The notes beneath the pieces are model-generated. The model made no database searches. It saw only the letters and a program-made list of their open reading frames with translations, and was not told where the DNA came from. A stretch of DNA of 54,378 bases, filler included, from Porpidia crustulata (lineage: Eukaryota), in assembly GCA_964255105.1 (NCBI GenBank). It is 5 parts of 5 records of this genome, joined end to end, with 100 filler letters (N's around TTAATTAATTAA, not from the genome) between each part and the next. Parts side by side here need not be neighbours in the genome. Positions count along the whole stretch, not along the records: positions 43,591 to 54,378 come from CAXUWE010000729.1; 4 more parts are not named here. The stretch is one strand, 5' to 3'. Both the position numbers and the translations under genes were made by a program. Shown here piece by piece: positions 46,500 to 54,378 of this stretch (position 1 is its first letter; the number at the start of each line of letters is the position of its first letter).

Positions 46500-47449
46500 C
46501 TACGTCCTCCTCTTCATCTCGGCTTCCACCTCTTCAATAGTCAATGGACATCGTTGCGTTGACCATTTCTCTTTCTCTTGCTGGGCCCATCCCTCACAGC
46601 TCCTCAATGCCACAGCCAAAAATCCTAGGTCTTCCCTATCCACATCAAAGACCTCCCACCACTCAACTTCCGGCAATTTGACTTCTGTTTCTCTTGCTGC
46701 GAGATATATCGCCGCCACGGCTAGTGCTGGTGGCTGATGTGTCAAATACAAAAGCTGGGGAGACAACAGCGCTGTGTTGAGATGTGCCAGCACGCGCGCT
46801 GCTAACGCACTAGATTTCGCGGTTGGAGATGGTGGCAGGACACCGAGAGTTTGTAGATAGGTCAGGGCGAGGTGGTGGGGCAGCACAACGGTCGTGATAA
46901 ACGAGAGTGAGCGCAAAAGTATGGTTTCCGTACGGAGCAGTGTAATCCGAGCGGTTTGATACGAGCCTTCGGAAAGATAGCAGGTCTCAGGGTCAATTTT
47001 TGGGGGCGCATTATCGCTAGCTAGCATGGAGTAGAAAGGCCATGACCTTAGGAAGGCATAGACGTTGAGTATTGACCGAGGGGATTGTGGAGTCGCTGAG
47101 ATCTTAGAGACCATATAGATTGAAGCCGCTGAGATGTCCTGGAGGCTCGGGTTAGCCTCGCTCAGAGGAGAATTATTGCAGCATCATCTACCTCCGCTGC
47201 AGTCACTATAAAGCTACCTCCTTCGGAACCAACATAGAATCTAGTGTATATTACAATAGCTTGAGCTATAATCTCTTGGGGAAGCCGTAGCAGTATGCCT
47301 GCAGCTTGAGTGAGTACAGCTCCAGCGTATCGGACGGAGCTTTCGAGGTCGGCCGGCACGCCATCGAGTTGGGAACTTGAATTGGAAAGTTGTTCTACTG
47401 TTGCCAAAGGGTTGGACAAGGAGGAGATCTGGTTCGCTTCAGGTGCCAT
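46500..47449 (-). CDS. Cyclin-L-like cyclin; intron 47139-47191
   Basis: LSNPLATVEQL..SQLDGVP, LTQAAGILLRLPQ..AQAIVIYTRF, DISAASIYM, ETILLRSLSF, HLNTALLSPQ and AVAAIYLAARE..LP..WWEVFDV. Confidence 0.88.
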
Positions 47450-49467
47450 GTCTGCGGGGGGAATTGGCAAACTTTGATTGGTCTGACTTATCGCGCCCAT
47501 ATGCCTTAGAGACTGCTTTCACTGTCGACATGAATCATTCAAAAGCTGCCTCTATTCGAAATTCGGATTATTGGGTTATCTAAATATTCCTGGGCCTACA
47601 AGGACGACTTTAGTCAACCAATGAGTATCAGTATTATAGATTTCTCCCATAAATTTTTCATTGAATATGATTTTCGAGATTTTATTTGCGTGAATGGTCA
47701 AGGGTCATTTTGAGAAGACGAGTTTCCATTCCACTTCTACACAGTAACTGAGCAAGTTTATTATTGAGAAAGAGTAAGCTGGTGTATTTATCTATCTCTA
47801 GGTGACGGCCTGGGATCGATTTTCAACACGCGGAGATTGCTACCTAGTTGAAATAGAATCTAAATCCTAGGTCTTGAAAGGGCGATTGTTCATCTCACCT
47901 ACCTTACCTACCTACCTTACCTAATATACTCCCCTCTGATCTGGCGATTGATTGCAAATTACAAGCTTATGATTGGCCTCGGTCAGAAATTTTGATTGTG
48001 CGGAACGCGAGGTCCTGAGATACACATCATTCTCAATAGTCACTTCAACGATGGTGGATGGTGGGTTGTACAATCCATGATATCACCACTGCGGGGATTC
48101 CCCGAAGTCGGCAGGATCAAAGATGTACAGCTTTTCCAGATAGAGTTCAGAATATTGTGTATTTCTTGCAATGACGCCGTGCTTTGTGGTAAAGTGTTCA
48201 CTCTTCCAACATACATAGGAAATACATCAGGATCTAGCGAGGCTTTTAACAGATTTGCGATGAAGCGGATGATAAAGTCACACCTGGAAATTAGAATGAG
48301 GATGAACCACGGCTCCTCCACGGCCAAGCTTTGGGGGCTTGGCAGCGGTTGCAGATCAGTGCGGCAGACTTGAAGGCCAATGAGACGGTCACACGATCAG
48401 ACCTTTGCTTAGCTGTGTCTGTTTCACGTTAGATATTTATTGTCGTCTCCCAGTAGAGTAAAAAACGAAGAAACGAGACGATGGAGACGTGACAATCAGC
48501 AGTGATGACCGTAGAATGATCCCCTGCCGTCAATTCTCCCCCGTCTGTAAATTACAACGGAATCCTGAACCCGCACTGGCACAGACCCTTATTTTTGGGA
48601 TCGAGGGAGAGTGCAGGCGCTTGTGAAGCTCGGAAGCAGGGTTGCTATGATGTACATTCGCTTGAGGAGGGTGTTGCTCTCGCAGCATGATTAGTTAGTT
48701 CGGCAATAATAATACAATGGATTTGGAACCCTGTTGACACAGAACGATCGCGCGACCGGCTTCTACTGCTCAAGCTCATGAGGGTTAATGTTAAATGATC
48801 TGGTTGAGAAACTGAGGATATAAAAGCAGTCGTATTGTAATTGGAAGATCTCCACATCTTGAACCGAAACGGGTAAACGCCTCGCCTTGTCCTAAAGGGG
48901 GATCGGTCCGGCTAGCTGGATGAACAAGCGGCGACACTAATTTCCTCCTCAATCTTTTGCCATCGTACCATCCTCAACCTCTGTTGTAATTTTCTGTTGT
49001 TTCCTTCTTCTTCATTTCTTCGACAACGGCCTTCGCCCGCTGGGGTCACACCCGTGACACAGAGGAGTCGAATGTCTCTCTCACTACTATTTCGTTGAAG
49101 GGGCTTGTGGGTTACACGGTGAAAGGTGGACGGTGTCCAGTTGGGATTTCAATCGGGTGTTCATTTTCGTGTCTTTTCGCATGCATTGGGGAGGGAGATA
49201 GGCAGAAAAAAGACAGACGGCCATTGTCTGCGAGATTGATAATCGCCGCTTACGCTATAACGATCGGTGCAGTGGTCGCCCCAGATTCTCCGCAGGATTA
49301 GGTGTACTTCACCAGCGCGCCGACGGTGAGCTTTCCAATCTCAACATCTACCTTTATCAATCGAAGCTTCCTGACGAGAAGCATCGCTAAGTACGAGAAT
49401 AGCATCGATTGTGGTCTTCAAGTCGAACACCGAATCCAGATACCCATTGAAAATACCTGCCACTACG

Positions 49468-51269
49468 ATGGCTTTCACCATGTTGAAGATCATCCCAGCC
49501 ACGACATTCCTCAACCAATTGCTGCTGCTACTGGACCTCGTAAACCCTGTTTTGTCAGGTCTTACCCAGTCGATCTGCTCCAGTGACAATACCGGCTCGT
49601 CGTTTGCTGTTGGTAAGATACCCCTCAACATCCACTAAAAACCGTTCAATGATGATCTCATTAATTCGCAGTAACGAATGATTACCAATCCAATGGCCGT
49701 TGCTTTGACACGTGCAAAGCCAACTACGCATTTGCAATTGTCCAATATCAGAGTTGTTGGTGTTCAAACTATGCGCCAGTACAAACCTCATCAACTGGCT
49801 CCTGCAATGACGACTGTCCCGGATACCCGTTCGAAAAGTGTGGCTCTCAGTCTGCGGGGCTTTTCGGATACATCGCATTGAATAAGAGTCCTTCTGGTAC
49901 AATTGGAGCCTCCAGCGCGTCCGCATCGAATACTCCGACCTCAGCTCCCCCCACCAGTGCTCAGGTGGGTCTTCCTGGGTCCTTGCATAGAGCGTCCTCG
50001 GGGTTTTCCTCCTCTTCATATCAGGCTACATCTTCTACTACCCCGAATGAACCCCAGGCAACTTTGCTATCTTCAAGTTTCATTGAGTCCTCATCTTCTA
50101 TTCAACCATCTTCTCTATCATCTTCTTTAATACCTGCCACGCAGGGCTCTCCACCGCAGCCGAGCCTTGTCACAGTCCAGGAAACTGTCACACCTTCGCC
50201 ATCTGTACGAATTTCTTTGGTTTCAGTTGTATGCATTCACCACCCACATTTCCTTGCTAGATACCGTCCGGCCAATCAGTGGCGACAGTGTAATCCGCTC
50301 AGAATGATAGCTAATACGTTAGACCAGACGGCTCCTGTGTCTTCCACCTTGGCTTCGGCTCCACCATCTAGGCCCGATTTTATCCCTGGCGGGTCTTCGT
50401 TCTCATTTGGACCATCAGCACCGTCCTCGAATCCTACCTCCTCGAGTGTATCGAGCACCACGTCTACTTTCAGCACATCATCCACATTTAATACCCCAAT
50501 TCCATCAAGTACATCTTTCACAAGTAGTACATCAGTACCACCGATCGTACCAACTATGACAAGTAGCTCATCTTCAAGCTCGTCGTCATGGTCAGCAACA
50601 CCTATCACCTCCGTCATGACTGCAGCCTCTGGTATACTCACAACCATAACCATCACTCCCACACTCCCACCAACCTCAAGCCCCATAGCTACCAGCCATT
50701 CCAGTAATGGCGGTCCCTTCCCGACCATCGGCAAAGCTGCCGGTTTTGGCACTCTTATTGGTTTGTGTATTGTTGCAGCTATTGCAGCCATTGGCTGGGG
50801 CCTCTACAAACTCCGCAAACGTCGCACAAGGCCCGTGCCTGCCCCGTCATATACGAATGAGGAACAACCTCCTCAACGTCGTCCAAGCCGTTTGAGTCAG
50901 ATGGGTCTACTCAGAAGCGAATCACGTCCAATGAGTCAAAGAGTCCCCGGCATCAATACAAGCGGCTTGAGTCCGGGTGTTAGCCCGGAGAGGAGTCCAG
51001 ATGAGACTGCTCCGCCCCAAAGGGCCAATTACTACCCTTCTCATTCGGATTCTCGCTTGGAACCCAGTGTACTACAGCAACGCTACAACGGCAGCACAAC
51101 TAGTCTAGGTGATCATCAAGACTACTCGCGCCGCGTTCTACGAGTAAGTTTGTCCGCTCCTCCTCCCTTCGTCCCCTTTTACGACCTTGTTTTGCTTTTG
51201 GCGCCCTCCTGGCGACACAGAAAGTGATTGAGGTTGACCGTTGTCCAGGTCGCGAATCCCTTGGATTAG
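49468..51269 (+). CDS. WSC-domain cell-wall integrity sensor; introns 49613-49671, 50229-50327, 51144-51248
   Basis: Signal peptide, then a WSC domain missed by the ORF track (CSSDNT..|YQSNGRCFDTC..YAFAIVQYQSCWCSN..CNDDCPGYPFEKCG). It continues with a Ser/Thr stalk, one TM helix followed by KLRKRR, and the family tail DYSRRVLR|VANPLD*. Confidence 0.93.
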
Positions 51270-53144
51270 ACCTACTGTCGTTCCCCTTAGATCTCGTCTG
51301 TGTATACCCCTTATCGACGATTGACTCGAGGCTTGTGCAATAGTGCAACACCATCTCCTGCCATCACGTCAGTCCACCAAGCATAGTGCTAATGTTGTGG
51401 CTCAGTCGAAAGTGTCAAGCCATCATGACTTATCTGTCGGCCTAGCTTGTTTGTACGAGGGATGGACTGTTACGGGTCTGGTGGGTCCATGCAGGCAACG
51501 GTGGGATTCGAAGCCCAGAGCAGTCTCTTTCGCAGAGCCCTAATCCCTTTTCTTTTTTCATTTTCTGTGTACCATAATTGTGAAGTGGCACACATGGCGT
51601 GCTACAGCTTGGGAATATCGGTGGTCGGACACCACTTGACGTCGTCACGAAGGGAGCCTCGAGGCATGCTGGGTAACAGGATGCAAGAGGATCGAGGTGT
51701 ACATTAGCATAGTTCTCATAGCACATAGAGCAAATAGCGAAAGCGTCGTTCATGCCGTGTGCCTAGGGCGAACATGCTTGTGCATGGATTTCGAGCTGAT
51801 TCCCATAAGCATCAATGGAGACCGTTCGGATGGTTGTGGAACCAGGAGCAAGGGGTGCATCGCATTGGGATTCCAATTCAGTTCACACCATCCAATGTGT
51901 CCCCACTCGCACAGAACACCTTCAATTATCGCTGGTGGTATCTGTGATTGTTGCTGTCCATATAGGGTAGGAGGCAGTTTAGATAGCTCGCCAGCATCCA
52001 ACAGTGGGATCTTTTGACCCCAATGAGCGAAGGTGCCAACTGTACCTTGCACATCCGCTACAACCATATCATCAACTCACAGATCTCACTTTCCACATTG
52101 TTCGAAATCTGATGGCTGATCGAATGGATGAGACCCACGGGCCAAGTGCATGGTGGGGTAAAGATAGTCCAGGTGCACTAAAATGGCCGATTGAACAGCG
52201 CACTTCAGGCACAAGCATGGTGGATGGGATCACAGCATGCACCCCACAATTGCTGTAACTTGAACAGACGGAGTGTGTAGCAGTCGTCGACCGACATAGT
52301 CACCTGTGCTCGTTGAAGAGAAGGCATTGTTGGAGATGAAGATGGGAAAACGGCAAAATAGATGTTTTGCAGGCAGTGGCGAGATGGAGGAAGTATTGAC
52401 CTGGATTGGTTAGGCGCCGGCAAAGACAATGCACGTTTGACTTGAATGGGAGCAGAAATCCGGCTGCCTGCGTACTTTAAACCTCCTAAACTCACAGACT
52501 CTCAGACCACACAGCGACTATATCGCAACTCCAGTCGTGGTCGAGGGAGGAATCCCATGTCTTCTGCCGGAGAATTGTTAGCATTGATTCTTGTGGTTCT
52601 CTAGCGACGCTGTATTGACTTACCACCTTACTACCAAAGTACTATGCTAGGCTTGTGGAGGGAGTACAAGTACTGCTCGTCATCGCATCACCCTTCTTCC
52701 GCCTCTCGAATGTCCTTTGTACCACCATTACCTTATTCGTACTTCCCCATCTGATCTTATATAAAAGACTGAACCACACCATGATATTACGAAGTTGACG
52801 GTTCTTTTAATCTTTATATGATAATACTTGGGAGGCTTTGTGTCGTTCTTACATTTACTGCGACGTCCAACGACTGGGAAGACCTCACCGCCACGCTGTA
52901 TTCATCCTCCCAATCCTCTACGCCATATCATATCATCCGGCATCTGTCACGCTTTCACATGGGGACTCACCTGTACATGCCATTGGCCAATTCTGCAAAG
53001 ACGTTCAAGCATCACATAGGCGGAAGTGAATCACATTCACCCGAATGCCATCTCCGTCATTTCCAGCAATAGTTCATTCACTGGTCCGGTCATATTCTTG
53101 TTAATAATCTTTACTTCTTCTCTCCTCTACCTAATTACCTCTCC

Positions 53145-54378
53145 ATGGCCAAAATGCATCTTCAGCAGTCTCTGCCAGCGCAGGAATACCTGTACGCCGT
53201 GCTTGGTTTGGCCGTCTTAGCTATCTTGATGCTGGCCCTCTCCAAGCGAGAACGAGGCGGCGTCTTGCATTACCTTTACTCTTGGGTATCTACCATCCCA
53301 AGGGGACGCCGCATTTCATCAGCCAAGACACCACCACGATCGTTGTCTCCCGAGAAAAAGGTTCCCAATAACGCTCCTCCTCCAGCTGACTATAAGGATG
53401 TCTTTCCGGCGTCATCTCGTGAAGCCATTACTCAATTGATGAAGGGCAGCGACCATTTTGCCCGAGAAGGATTCCCCCGTGATCAAGCAAGTCCTGCCGA
53501 GTTCACTGCTGGACTAATACCTTTTACCGCCGACTATCGGACATGTGAACCTTCGACGTATACGCCCATGGAGATATCCATCGATGAGATTCGAGCTTTA
53601 GGTGACTTTCCGGATTACGCTACGCTAAGTGGTGTACCATTGCCCAAAAAATACGAAGAATTCAAGATCGAGACGGCCCTTCCAAGACCATACCGACCTT
53701 TTCGATGGTCGTATCACCAGACCATGTGTATATCTTCCTTTCCTTGCGAATATCGACCAATCACTGACAGACTCAGCCATTTCAAAGCTAGAACCGGACT
53801 GGTGGCTTGAGGTCGAGAAGACGTACGTCAGCCGTATCGCCGAGAGGAAAGAGCTTTTCTGCAAGTATGGTAAAATGGTACTAGACTACCTACCCGGTAG
53901 CGAATTGGCGTGCAAGGAGATTATGGAAATGGCGCTGCAATTCGTCGTCGCTCGCTACCCACAGTTCTTCTCCTTATGCGCCATTTCCGACAGAGGCTAC
54001 ATTTTCCATAATCGACTTCTAAACACCCAGACCCAAATCAACGCCACGCACCCTCTTCACGTTCTCCTTGACAATATCCCCGAAGACTTCGCCATCATGC
54101 TTCGTAACCCCGAAGATGGCTTCTACTACTTCCGTGCCGGCGTCATCTGCTCTTCTCTAGGCTGGAACGTTGGGACGAAAATTGGCATGCAACTCAAGGA
54201 AATCCATTCCCCCATCCCCGATTACAAAGAAAAGATGGAATTTTCCATGGACCGGTATGCCCCTTTCCCTCAACCACCCTATCCTACACGTCCTAACGTT
54301 CAATCACAGCTTCTTCTCGAAACTCCCCTCTTCCCGTCCCATCCAGCGCGGCTCCTGGGGCCTCGAAGTCGACACCCC
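53145..54378 (+). CDS. DUF3445 (heme-dependent oxidative N-demethylase alpha-like) protein, 3' truncated; introns 53728-53776, 54255-54309
   Basis: PRPYRPFRWSYHQTM|SISKLEPDWWLE, ARYPQFF, IPEDFAIM, GVICSSLGWNVGTKIGMQLKEIHSPIPDY and MDR|FFSKL..IQRGSWGLE, with an N-terminal hydrophobic anchor. Confidence 0.88.

Noticed and set aside
49095..49586. Two in-frame ORFs separated by a TAG, suggesting another read-through gene
   Set aside because: The real gene here is the WSC sensor in another frame from 49468. These ORFs have no recognisable features.
51697..52495. Cys/Trp-containing short ORFs between the WSC and DUF3445 genes
   Set aside because: No coherent exon structure or signal peptide, so they cannot be supported.

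Overview
Eukaryotic DNA from a filamentous ascomycete (Pezizomycotina: short GT-AG introns with CTRAY branch points, a Zn2Cys6 factor, a WSC sensor; a lichen-forming lineage is possible but unproven). The window is not one locus. It is five contigs of 10806, 10802, 10792, 10790 and 10788 bp, in descending size order, joined by artificial 100-nt spacers (N44-TTAATTAATTAA-N44). Contig 1: 3' end of a STEEP1/CXorf56-like gene, mitochondrial Lon protease (PIM1), an atypical protein kinase, and the start of a metallo-beta-lactamase-fold gene. Contig 2: a Zn2Cys6 factor with an in-frame stop, an OST-alpha/TMEM184 transporter, a degenerate RING protein, a MARVEL protein, and a small secreted Cys protein. 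Contig 3: a compact five-gene metabolic cluster without a core synthase (DUF829/PaxU-like hydrolase, MFS transporter, nitrilase-family hydrolase, P450, regulator with a premature TAG), ending in a Fot1/pogo-type terminal inverted repeat. Contig 4: SLD3, then a damaged accessory island (PsiD-like decarboxylase remnant, divergent DUF4396 + Atx1-like copper-chaperone pair, trypsin-fold protein with a Cys-type nucleophile motif), then a LIM-domain gene. Contig 5: a small secreted protein, a hypothetical protein, cyclin L, a WSC sensor and a DUF3445 gene. The best leads are the DUF4396/Atx1 metal module, where both genes carry 1-bp indels exactly compensated by retention of intron 1, the contig 3 cluster, and the Cys-type trypsin-fold protein. 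All family calls rest on motif recognition, not database searches.
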